A stretch of 64,000 bases of DNA from Monocercomonoides exilis PA203 (lineage: Eukaryota > Protista > Preaxostyla), in the NCBI GenBank assembly GCA_001643675.2, contig LSRY02000017.1:310001-374000 (forward strand), given 5' to 3'. Below the pieces are notes generated by a model. That model was not told the DNA's origin. It was given only the letters and a program-made list of their open reading frames with translations, and made no database searches. Positions 50,790 to 62,700 of the stretch are shown here, piece after piece (the first letter of the stretch is position 1; each line of letters opens with the position of its first letter). Both the position numbers and the translations under genes were made by a program.

Positions 50790-53700
50790 TCACTTCTTAG
50801 GTTCCGCAGGTTTTCGTGGAGGTGACAAAAGATGCGATGATTGTCGGGACGTAAAAGCACGAACAACATCGGAAGCATCTATGTGAGATTTCCGAGGAGG
50901 AGACAGAAGTCGAGACTTGGACTGACTGTTTGGTGGAGACATTAAACGTAAGACGGCTGACTGGAACTTGCGTCTGCTTGGGCTGGTTGGCAATGCACTC
51001 GAAGAGTTAGATGGAGAAATGATTCCAGGAGACAGCACGCGCTCTGGTGAAGCAACCCCCGAGGCTTCATCAAAGCGAACGGATGATCCCTGTCTAAAGA
51101 CGCGCCGTCTAACACGTCTGTGTCTTCCTGTGTCGATTGTCGATTCGTACAGTGGTCTCCTACGGCGGCGAGGTCTGTCTACAGTTTGGCCAGATGCTTC
51201 TGCTGCCAAAGATGTTGTTGAAGATGATTGCATTCCAAGATCGGTTGTGGACAGTTGTGATGATGACGGCTGTTTGCTTAACAAAGTGGATCTGTTGCGA
51301 TGCAAGCGGCGAGTACTGTGAGAATTGCTGATTCCAGCCATTGTAGATTTAACATGAGAGTAATCAGTAACATAAGTCTTTGGTACAAAATAGCCAGAGG
51401 CATGATGCTGCAACTGTTTAGGATCTCTTGGTTTGATAACTCTTCTCGATTCCGATTTTGTAATTCCTGCAAGATTTGCTTCTGATCCATCAACTCCGTA
51501 CTCTTCGAATCCATGTGTAATCTCTGAGAGAATATCATCCTCGCGTTGCTCCTCTGTTTTTCCTCCTTCTTGTTTAGTGGACTTGTTATCTTCCTCAGCA
51601 TTCTCACCAAGGAACGTCTGTCTTCTTCGGAGTCCTCTTCCTTTCATGCCAGCTCCATCCAACAGACCGGAAGATGCTTGGCGCTTAATGCCAGCAGTGG
51701 CAAAGTTATTAACTGAGGCTGCACTTGCTCCTGCTTTTGTGGGTGCAGGGCGAGCCAATGCTGCCGTAGATGAAGCACCGACACCACTTGAAGGAATAAT
51801 AAACGACTGTGACATCGAATCTCCCATTGAAGCAATATCAGTCTGCAATTGATTCTGATCCTCTTCATAATCGCCATCAGATCCTTCGTCATATTCTTCG
51901 TCTGACATGTAATCGCTTTCATCTGAGCCCATCTCTTCCATCTCTTCCTCGTCGTTATATTCTTCTTCATCTGAAAGGTACTCTTCTGGTGCATATTCCT
52001 TTTCTTCTTGCTCTCCTACAGCAAACGAAGCTTGTCTCTTGCGTCTGTTCATTACGTCATCGCTGACAGCTGTCGATGATGAAGGAGCTGCTGCATCCAA
52101 TCCCACTGAAGCCATTGAGCCCTGAGCAGCTTTTTGTTGAACACTCTCTCCAATGGCTGCTGATGTCGATGAAGGTGATGCAGATTTTGACAGAATTGCA
52201 GCCGCTGCGGCTGATGGTGCAAATGACATCGTTCCAAGTGCACCTCCTAATGTTGATCCCAATTCATTCGATTCTTCACCTTCTGGAATCGCTTCTCCAA
52301 TCTCATCGTTAGCGTTCAAAACTGCAAATGATGCTTGTCTTCTCCTTCTGTTGAGCGGTCCATCAGCGCGAACTGATGCAGATGTTGGTGCCGAGGCGTT
52401 CGCTCCTAACGAAGCAGCAGAAGCTTGTGCTGCTCTGTCACTTCCTTCAGAAATACTGACAGAGGAAGAAGTTGTTGGATGAGAAGCAGTTTTAGCTAAA
52501 ATTGCTGCTGCTGATGCAGAAGGTGCAAATGGACGATCTGCAAAGCCAAGAGAACTGCTTTCTGCAGACGATGATTGTCCAATTGTTTCCAGCAGATCTT
52601 GAGTGGCTTCTCCTTCAGCAGCAGAATCAGAAGGTGAGATTGCAACAAAGGACCCTTGCCTTCTTCTTCTGTTCATTGGGCCATCAGCACGTGCTGATGC
52701 AGAAACAGGGATGGCAGCATTGGCCTCGAGTGAGGCAGATGATGCCTGTGCTGCTCTATCAGCAACTGCTCCACTGCTTGTGGTTGAGGATGCAGTTGGA
52801 CGAGATGCTGCCTTTGCAAGAATCGCTGCAGCTGCAGCAGATGGTACAAAGGAGAACTCAGAAGTATCAGATGATTCAGAAGAACTGCTTTGTAATGGAT
52901 GCACCGAATTCATTTCTGAACTGGAGGCGTCTTCTCCTGTCATAAGGGCATTCAACGAGTCAGAAGAAGACAATGCAAAGTCGCTCGCTGTGAACGATGC
53001 TTGTCTCTTTCTTCGGTTCAATGGGCCATCTGCACGTGCAGATGATGCAGTCGTGGCAGTTGCACCAACACCCACTGCAGCTGCAGAACTTTGTGCACTT
53101 CTTCCACCCATTTCAGAAGAAATGGATTTTGATTGGCTTGACGGTGCTTCTGCCAGCGATAGCAGTTGCAGCGAAGCTTGTGATGCTTGTGAGGTACCCG
53201 AAGAATAAGGAACGAATGATACAACTGAACCAGAAGTATTTAATCCAGATGGGACAGATGCTTGATTGAACTCCAATGTGGCTTCTTCTCCACTTCCTCC
53301 AAATATGAGTCCAGATTGTTCACTTGGCTGTTCACCGGCTGTGAATGATGACTGCCTTCTTCTTCTGTTCATCGGTCCATCTGCACGTGAAGACACCGAC
53401 TTTGGTGCTGACGCTCCAGCTCCCAAAGATGCTGCTGAGGCCTGTGCTGTCCTTCCAACAACGGCATCACTTGCAGCAGAAGATGTGTCTTTGGAAGGAG
53501 ACAATGATGAAGATGCAGAGTTGGATGCAGCATGCGCAAGGATCGCGGCAGCTGCTGCAGAAGGCACAAATGAAATTCCAGAAGATTCGGTTGGATTGCT
53601 TTGATCTGCAAGGATAGACGCTAATTCTGGATTGGCTGAGTCTTCTCCTGCAATCAGTTTGTTTAACGAATCTGTTGAAGATGGAGACTCAAGATCATTC

Positions 53701-56700
53701 ACTGAAAATGATGCTTGTCTCTTTCTTCTGTTCAATGGACCGTCTGCTTTAGACGAAGATGATGATGGTGCTAATACATTTGCTTCCAGCTGAGCAGTTG
53801 ATGACTGTGCAAATCTCTCGTTTGTTCCATGGCTCGACATGGATTTTTGTGAATTAGGAGCAACGCCAGATGATGAGGGTTTATTAGCAGATTTCGCAAG
53901 AATGGCAGCTGCAGCTGCTGATGGCATAAACATTTGTGAGTTTCCAGTTGATCCAAGAGCAGAGCTTCCGCTTGATGCTTTTGTCTCAAATGCATCTTTG
54001 TTTTCGTTGTCTTCTTCAGGAATTGTATCAGGAAGTTCATTGAACTGATCAAGAACGGCAAATGAAGCCTGCCTCTTTCTTCTGTTCAGCAAGACATCTG
54101 CACGTGATGACGCTGTTATCGGAGCAGATGCGTTTGCACCCAACGAAGCTGAAGATGCCTGCACTGTTCTTCCTTTCGCACCACTGCTTGCAGACATTGC
54201 AGAAGCAGATGATGCGTCTTTTGACGTTGCTGCTGATTGAGAAGCGGATTGCGACAGAATGGAAGATGCAGCAGAAGACATTGCATATGAAGAGTTTGTA
54301 GGTTCCATTGTTCCTAGTATATTTTCATTGATCTGTGCCATCAACTCAGCGTTTGATTCTTCTTCATCCTCATTTCCATCTTGTGCAGAATCAGATTGTT
54401 GATTAAATGGATCTCCAACAACAGGTGCTGCAGCAAACGATGATTGTCTCTTTCTTCTGTTGATTGGTCCTTCTGCAAATGCAGTTGAAGAAGAAGGTGC
54501 AGCTGCTTTGGCTCCCATTGCTGCAGAAGATGACTGTGCTGTCCGTCCAAATGCTCCACTCGGTGCAAATGCTGAATTTGATGAAAGAACTGCATTACTT
54601 CCAGATGGCGATGCTCCAAATGGAAGAGATTGAGGAGAAACTGAAGATGAAGCAGAAGCAGTAGATGCTGAAGTATTTGCAGCTCCTAACCGTTTCATCT
54701 CATTTTGATTCTTTGTATTTGCAGAGCTATTTTCTTGTGAGAATAACTGTTCTTCATCCACCTCGTCAATTGCATCTGGAAGAAGTCCTGAATGATCATT
54801 AACTGAAAACGAAGTTTGCAATTTTCTCCTATTCATTGGACCATCAGCCAGCGAAGAACTCGTCTTTGGTGCAGAAGCATTATTTGCCAAAGCTGCAGAT
54901 GTTGACTGAGCAATTCTTCTGTTATCGACTTCATTTGTAGCTGATTGTTTCGAAGCTTGAGGAGCATTTGATGAAGACAATTGATTCGATGCAGATTTTG
55001 ACAGGATCGCAGCTGCGGCAGCTGAAGGAACAAACGACATTGCTCCAAGTCCGCTTCCTAATGAAGATCCCAATTCATTCGATTCTTCTGATTCGTCTGT
55101 TGAACTTGCGGGTTCTGTTGTATCTGTAGCTCCTACACTCTCGTTTCTGCCATCGTCAACTGCAAATGACGCTTGTCGCTTCCTTCTGTTCAAAGGACCG
55201 TCAGCACGAGCTGATGCAGATGTCGGTGCAGAAGCATTTGCTCCCAGTGAAGCAGAGGACGCTTGAGCTGTTCTTCCTCCACCAATTGCATTTGGTGAAG
55301 TTGATGATGACAATGAAGGCGTGTTGGATCCAAAGGCAGTTGCTTGTGAGCCTTGTCTTATCTTGCTTGCCTCTGCAGCAGAAAGTTGATCGGACGAGCT
55401 TGAAGAAGACGCTGAAGCACCGTTCGGTGCTGTTTGTGATAGAATATCTCCATTTCTCGTTTCGTCTTTTGAACTATCATTTGAAGGTCTGTCTGTGTAC
55501 AGCAGTGCATCAGTATCAGAAACAGCGAATGACGCCTGTCTCTTTCTTCTCTTCAAAGGCCCATCCGCTTTTGCAGATGACGATGAAGGAACTGATGCAA
55601 GTGCTCCGAGATCTGCTGTTGAGCCGTGTGCTGTTCTGCCGCCAAGCGCACCAAGAGTGTCAAATCCCAAGTTGTATGGTATGTTCGAAGTAGTGCCGTT
55701 GTTCTGCGTGGCTTGGGCTGATCTGAGGCTGGGACTTGTAATGCCAACTGAAGGTTGTTGAGATGATGAGCTTGCCTTTGAAGTTGAAATAGCATTTCCT
55801 GCTGCAGCTGAAATTGCACTTCCAGAATTCATTGCATTCATTGCTTGTGAATCTCCATTAGATTTGAAAGAATCCCCTTCAGGAGAGCTTCTTTGACTTG
55901 ATGATTGTGCAAGTGGTTCATTTGATGAAGGCAATTGATCATTATTATTCACTGCAAATGACTGTTGTCTTCTCTTTTTGCTTGAAGGTCTTTCAACTTT
56001 AGACCCAGCTTTAGTGGGAGCATACTGTCCAGCACCAACAAACGCAGTTGAGCTTTGTGAAAGCTTATCTCCAGCTGCACTTTGAGCAAGATTCTGATTC
56101 TGTGCATTGCGTGCGAAAGCAGATGAGCTTGGTGCCTGAGCGGTAGAAGAAGAAGCAGAAAGCATCAATGGAGCTCCAGTAATGTTTGAAGTGCTTGGCA
56201 TGTTTGATGGTGATGCTGACGACGATGATGATGCTGAAGAAGCTGAAGGGGCACCAGCTAACTGCAGTACAGAGTTGATATCATCGTTCAGACCGTCACC
56301 GCCAACAACAAATGTTGCATGCTTCTTTCTCCTTCCACCAAGTCCAGAAGCAATCGAACTGCCAGTGGCGGCTCCTCCAACAGAAGAGCCAGCAACAGTC
56401 GATGAGCTCTGAGCTAATCTTTCATTCTTTTCTGACCTACCCAATGAATCTGATGATGAAGATGGAAGTAATGATGCCCTTGAAGCCTGTCCAGATGCAG
56501 CCATCGCAGCAGATGGGTTTCTGCCTAATGTGCTGTTGGCACCACCAAATTTGTTAGCAGCGTTTCCGTTTGAAGCAGAAGCTGGATACAACGAAGCATC
56601 TCTAAGTGGCATTCCAGAAGCATCAACATTTTGTTGTCTGCTGCCACTTTTATTGCAGGTTGGATAATCTCCCAAAAATGGCTCTGAAGGCGAAAAGGTG

Positions 56701-59700
56701 GAACTTACCTGTTCTCCAAATTGTTCAGAATTAGGCCCAGCAAAGTCTTGTCTTCTTCGCCCGCCCATCATTGGCCCATCCACAACAGATGTTGATTGAA
56801 GCATCCGTGATGACTGCTGAGAAATCAGGGTATTGTGCTCTGCAGTACGATTGTGGAGAGATGAGGAAGCTTGTGAACCAGATGTCTGCCCAGCAGAAGG
56901 AGCCATTTGTGAGCCAGGAGCCATCCGTGATGCTGCTGCAAATGGTGAGTCTTGTCCTGGTTGAGCTGCAGTTGATCCATTAAATCCTGTTCCTGATGCA
57001 TTTGTCTGATAAGCTGTGAGAGGATTGGCACCAGGCGACCCTGCAGAAGGAAATGGAAACATGAATCCGGCTGGATTTGTATTTGTTCTGCTTTGTGCTG
57101 AACGGTCGAATGGGCTGCTTCCATCTTTGCCAGTAGGAAGTTCGTCATGTTCAAATGAATCATCTCTTCCTCCTTTTCCTGCTTTACCTGCTTTGCCTTT
57201 CTTTGTTTGCGGAGGATTAGCCAAAGGTGAGCGGAACGGTGCAAGTCCTCCAAGAACAGAATTCTGCCTTCTTGGTGAAAATGTTGATGGTCTGTTTCTG
57301 TCTGAATTAGATGACATTTGTGAGTTTGCTTTTGAAGACAATCCATCTGGCAAAGTCTTTTTCGAACCAGACGGTGAGAGCTCAGAGGGCGATAAGAATC
57401 CTGAGGTTGTAAGTGGATCTTCACCAAATGCCATTCGTTCGATGTCATCATCTGTGAGAGGAATATCTGGATCGCTCATAAGATTCGTCCTCGAAGTAAT
57501 GTTTGTATGTTCAAATGAGACAACTGATACATTCGAAACCAAGCCTCCAAAGTTCGGAGACATTCCGTTGTTTCTCAAATCTGCAATGTCAGCTGGCTCA
57601 AAGCCACGAGAATAATCAGGTTGTCGTGGGCCGGCACCTCTGGCACCAAGGCTTGGGAACATTGTTGGTGCTGCAGCTTCATCTGCACTCTTTTTGCTCT
57701 TCCTACGTCCACTGCGCAACAAAGGCTTATCACCCAACAATGCATTCGTTGGTGAAGATCCTTCAGATGAAGAAGGTCTTGACGATGCTTCAGATCTTTC
57801 AGAATCGGACTCATCTTCATCAAACTTCGATTCGTGCAGGCCAGGAACTTTCCCATCCAAGCCATTCATCTCCAGTGGCTCTCTCATTGCATTCAGCTGT
57901 TCTTCTAGTTGTGCTTGCAAATCGTCTGCCATTTGCGCTTTTTGGTTCTTTCTGCTGCGGTTGCGAAGGAAGAGAAGAAGCAATATAATTAGCAGAACAA
58001 GTATCAGTCCGAATATCAAAAACGGAGGCAAAACGGTTGGTGCTCCAATCTTGCTGATCTGAATGGTGATCGGTTTGAACATAACTGCCTGTGTTTTGTG
58101 CTGACTGCCATCATTTCCGCTGTATATGATTCGTGTCCACCATTCCTCGTTCAGCTCAACCAGCGAGCTGTTTATTGGACCATACGCTGTTGATTCTGTG
58201 TGGTACACAATCTGACCAATTGGAAATTCTGTGATATCTGTTTCAAGTGTCTGCCCATCACTTGTGGTTGTATATCTGAATATTTCGAATGTCAGGCAAC
58301 ATGGAAGAAGTGATGTTCCGGTAAACTCAATGGTAATAATATCATCTTCTGGATCAGAGCAACTTCCGTTTGTAAGCGTTGGAATAAACAACCACGACAT
58401 TCTGTTGTTAAATACTGGTCCAGAAAGAACACATTCTCTTTCATCGTTTCCGTTGTCCATAAACATGTTGTCTGATCTCTCAAGTTCATCGTCTGGTTCA
58501 ACGCTTTCGATCTTGATAGTTGAACCACCGTCACAATGTATGTTTCTTCTTGCTGAAGGATAGAAACGAAGTCGAGGGCTGTTGTTTTCGAATGAAGCCA
58601 TATGAATCGTAACGTGTCCTCCAGTAACCGACAATGCACCATCAGGTGAATTCTTGAAAGACGAATACTCGATAGTTGATTTGCAGTTTCCGAGGTGCAA
58701 AAATGAAGAAGTCCAAGAGCAAACTGCTGTTGCGTCAGTTGAAGCAGATATGTTCGTTCCCAAAAACTGTGTTGAATTGATCAGCACTTCCCATCCCTCA
58801 ATCGAGATAACAGTGCCTGGCTGGCTCATATGAGAAGTGCAGCCATCAACGATAGTTCCACTAATCTTCACTTTCCAGCATTCATCGCCTGCTCCACTGG
58901 CATCCTCTATCTTCTGTAAATTCACAATTGCTGGCCCAACATCTTCTCTTGTAATTCCCTTGAGGTTGCAGTTTTCGAAGGCAACAGGATAGTTCACAAC
59001 TCCTGGAGTAATTGGACCAGGAGTACAAGGAATAGCAACCGATGATATGTCAAATAGTGGACCTTCCCCAATTTTTAGGGAATCGACATAAAGAGATGAA
59101 ACAGAAATCTTAGTGTAGTCGTGGATAGTAAATAGTGAGCTGAACAAATGAGCATCAGAAACAGACATATCAATGATGGAAAGATCACCCGTTTCAATTT
59201 CTGCAAACACAAATGGAATGGAATATGTTGAATTGTACTTAATTGGGAACACAAAACTTGACGAATTGATGAAAACGCTTCCAACATCAGATTTCAAAAA
59301 TTGCGGTCTGTTGTTAAGATCTTCTGGGAAGTAAACCGAAACTCTATCAAAACCAAATGTTTCGTTGCTGTACAGCAAAGGAGAATGTCCATCTCCTGGT
59401 TCCATATCTGGTCCAATATACACAATCTTTATCGAGACAAAATCGTCGTCTGTCGCAGCAATCAATGTATCAGAAACATCAATTGATCTGTTGAGGTATG
59501 TGGTAATGCAGATGCGTAATTCCAAGTTCCTAAGATCCTGATCGAGGTGAGTGTATCCATGTGTCATCGTTTTGCAGGGATCCTTCTTTTTCCCACAGAT
59601 TTGTGAGTCAACTCTACCTTCAAACTGGCAATAGATTACACGGTTTTTGAAGTCTCTGAAGAAGAAGCGGATGTCAATGTCATCTTGATACTCGTTGTCA

Positions 59701-62700
59701 TCTCTTCCAACAAATGAATGCTCATCGTAGGTTGAGTCATTATAATCAAAATCAAACTTCTCTTCAATAATTGTCTTTTCTAAGTCCTCCGAATAAATAT
59801 ATATGTTGTTTCCTTCTTCTGCACTGTTATTAGAGAAAAACATATTTGAAAACAGATAATCCATTGTACTTCCATTCAACAAATGCAGATAAATACCACC
59901 TCCTTTTCCATTCACTGGATGTGCAGTAGAATTGGATATATTTGTTGCAATAACATGATATTTACCGTTACTTTCAACTTTAACAAACATGCTTCCACCG
60001 TTGAGGTCATCAGAAGACATAAGTTGGAAATTGTTGTTGTCGTTAAACACTATAACATCATCTGTGCCAATAAGTGCATTCAATACAGTACCATTTTGGT
60101 TAGATGTTGACATTCCATAGAATGTTGTGCTGTTCACCTCCAATACTGTTCCATGATCGTCCACAATCATATGTTCTGGGAAATGAATTTTTTCCAAATT
60201 GGAGTTTGTAATCTGAACGGTAATCCCTGGAGAAACATTGATGAATGGTCGTTCTATTGTCATTTCCCTCACTAGCAATCCATCTGTATAAAATTCAGCT
60301 GGGTCAATCAACTCCACAAAAAAGGATGGCCATCTGAATGTTATGCCTTCAATCAAAGTATTTATAAGTTCTAATCTTCCACCTTGGACTGAAAATAGTG
60401 TTGGAAACACTGCATTCAAAGAGGAAGCAGGAATAAGTTCAACGTTGTTGAAAATAAGCGCATTTTTGTTCGTTTTGAAGATCTTCTCTGCAGGAATGTT
60501 AGAAGGAACAACAACAAGCAAGCTTCTAATTGTTGTTGATGAATTTGTCTCAAAAACTGCTTCTTGGTCAAAATTAGAAGAGCTCGTTGAAGATAAATTC
60601 GTCAGATTGAAAACATGGAGAAGAGAGTTGTTGAATCCTTCTATTATCACCTCTCCTTGATTCTTTAAAGTTTGCCTCAGTTCTGCATTGTTCATGATAA
60701 CAATTTTTCCAACTTTTGTATTTCTGGATCTAACATATGCATATTCAATTGTTTGGCAAGGAGATAACAAAGCACCACATCCTTCGAAGTTTGATCCGTT
60801 AGATTCCTTCACATATACAGAAACTGTAACCTTATCAAAATAATCAACAAGTGTAGTGTTTCGTTGCGTTTGTGTATCAAACCCCCAAATATCATCGATA
60901 TAATCCAATGAATATGATCCATTAAAGCATTGATCAGTTACGTGATCGGTGAAGAATGGTCCTCTCATATACAGGTTAGGCCCTTGAATAGCCTGATTTC
61001 GATCCCAAGACAAAAAGCTAAAGTCGTATATGTATGTGTGTGAATCATCATCTGTCATTATCACATAAATTGCTCCACCGTTTCCGTTAATAGCTGTGCT
61101 GTGTGTGATCGTACTGTTAGACAATTTGATTTCTCCTAGTGGGTCTAGACGCATGTAAAATGATCCTCCGTTATTTTCTTCGGTGCTGCCATAGTGGAAC
61201 TCACTTTCTCCGTCAATCTGCAACTTATTTCCTTCGCGAACGTCAAATATTATCATTGACCCGTTAGATGTTGTTGTAGAGAAATTCTCAAAGGTCGAAG
61301 AGTTCGTAATACATATGCGATTTGCATTGTCACTTTGAATAAAGCTACCCAAAGGCTGTGCACAGTTCGACACGTTTGTATGAGTGAAAATGATTTCGGC
61401 ACCATCATGCACTTGAAATAGCCCTGTTTGATCTGAACCAATCTTGTTGATGACACTATTTTCAAAAGTTACCACGCCATTTTGTCTCGCATCGAGCATT
61501 GTTGAATGTCCAACGAACTCAAATTGGTCAATCATTGAATTTTTAACGGTGAAAGAACCATAAGTTATTGTTATAAAGCGGAAATTTGTTTGATGATCAA
61601 CGCAAACAAATTGGCAAGTATCAAACATCATTTCTCCACCGCTCATTGATACAAACTCTTGTTTATCTGTGCTTTTTGGAAGAATCCACTTCAATTTATA
61701 TGCTCTAACCAAATCCGATTCAGAATTGGAAGAAGTTGCATACACAAGCTGTGTATTCGGATCCACGTATATTGTGGCCTGTGTCTGGTTTGTTGTCATA
61801 AGTACGTTCTTTCCATCAAAATTAATTGTGTAATTCAAAGTAGTGCGCGTCATAACTCGTATCTCTCGTATATTCTTTGCAATAACTTGGCTTTCACTGA
61901 GTCTCCAGTAAGCATAATCCAATTTTCCACATGCAACAATATAATGTCCACATCTGATATGATTCTTTTCGGTATCTTCGGTAACGTCTGTAACGTAAAT
62001 TGCATTGTAAGGTCTGTATAAATAGTACATGAGCGTGGTTGATATGTTTTCTGGTGCATCAGCATTGAATCCCCACAAAGTGTCTCGTGGTGTTTCTTCC
62101 GTAACAAAGTTCACAAACCTTGGATTCGTAACCACCCCATCAAATAAGCAACCATCAACATAAATGTGTTTCCCAAGATTAGCATCACAATTTGTAAAGA
62201 GAAGCGAAGAAAATAGATATACAACCGAAGGATCGCATTCATCTACCCCAAGATAAATGCCTCCTCCATTTCCCAAAGTGTTTTTATTTGCCACACTCGC
62301 ATCAAACGTACAATCTGCAACTGTAAAGTTTCCAGGATTGGCCAAGCGGCAATGCAACGAACCTCCATGGTTGGTAAGCGCGTTGTTTGAGTTGAATGAG
62401 CAGTTTTCAATGATAACATGGTTAATACGATCTCCATCAACATTACGATGTACACTTGTTGGCTCTTCATGACCAAGCCATGTATTTAAAATTGATCCAT
62501 TTCCTTTCTCAGTGTTGAAATTATCGAATCTCGAAAAATTGAAAATGTGAATTTCATCAGGAAGAACGCCTCTGATAAAGCCTCCGTCTGTAAATGTTCC
62601 TGTTGTGAAATTGCAGTCAGAGATGCGGATGCTGCCTCCATAGCTTGCTTCCAATATTCCAGTTGAATTTGTGCCTGCTTCCAAGATATCCTGACTATCG

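Noticed and set aside
52020-56020. Regularly spaced conserved ~40-bp cores with variable spacers, superficially CRISPR-like
   Set aside because: Spacers are ~300 bp, the cores vary at synonymous positions within one open frame, the context is eukaryotic and there are no cas genes. It is a protein repeat.
52020-56020. RRKR as furin/kexin cleavage sites of a polyprotein precursor
   Set aside because: The sites lie C-terminal to the TM on the predicted cytosolic side (RNRSRK positive-inside), away from secretory convertases. The conserved QASF favours a kinase motif.
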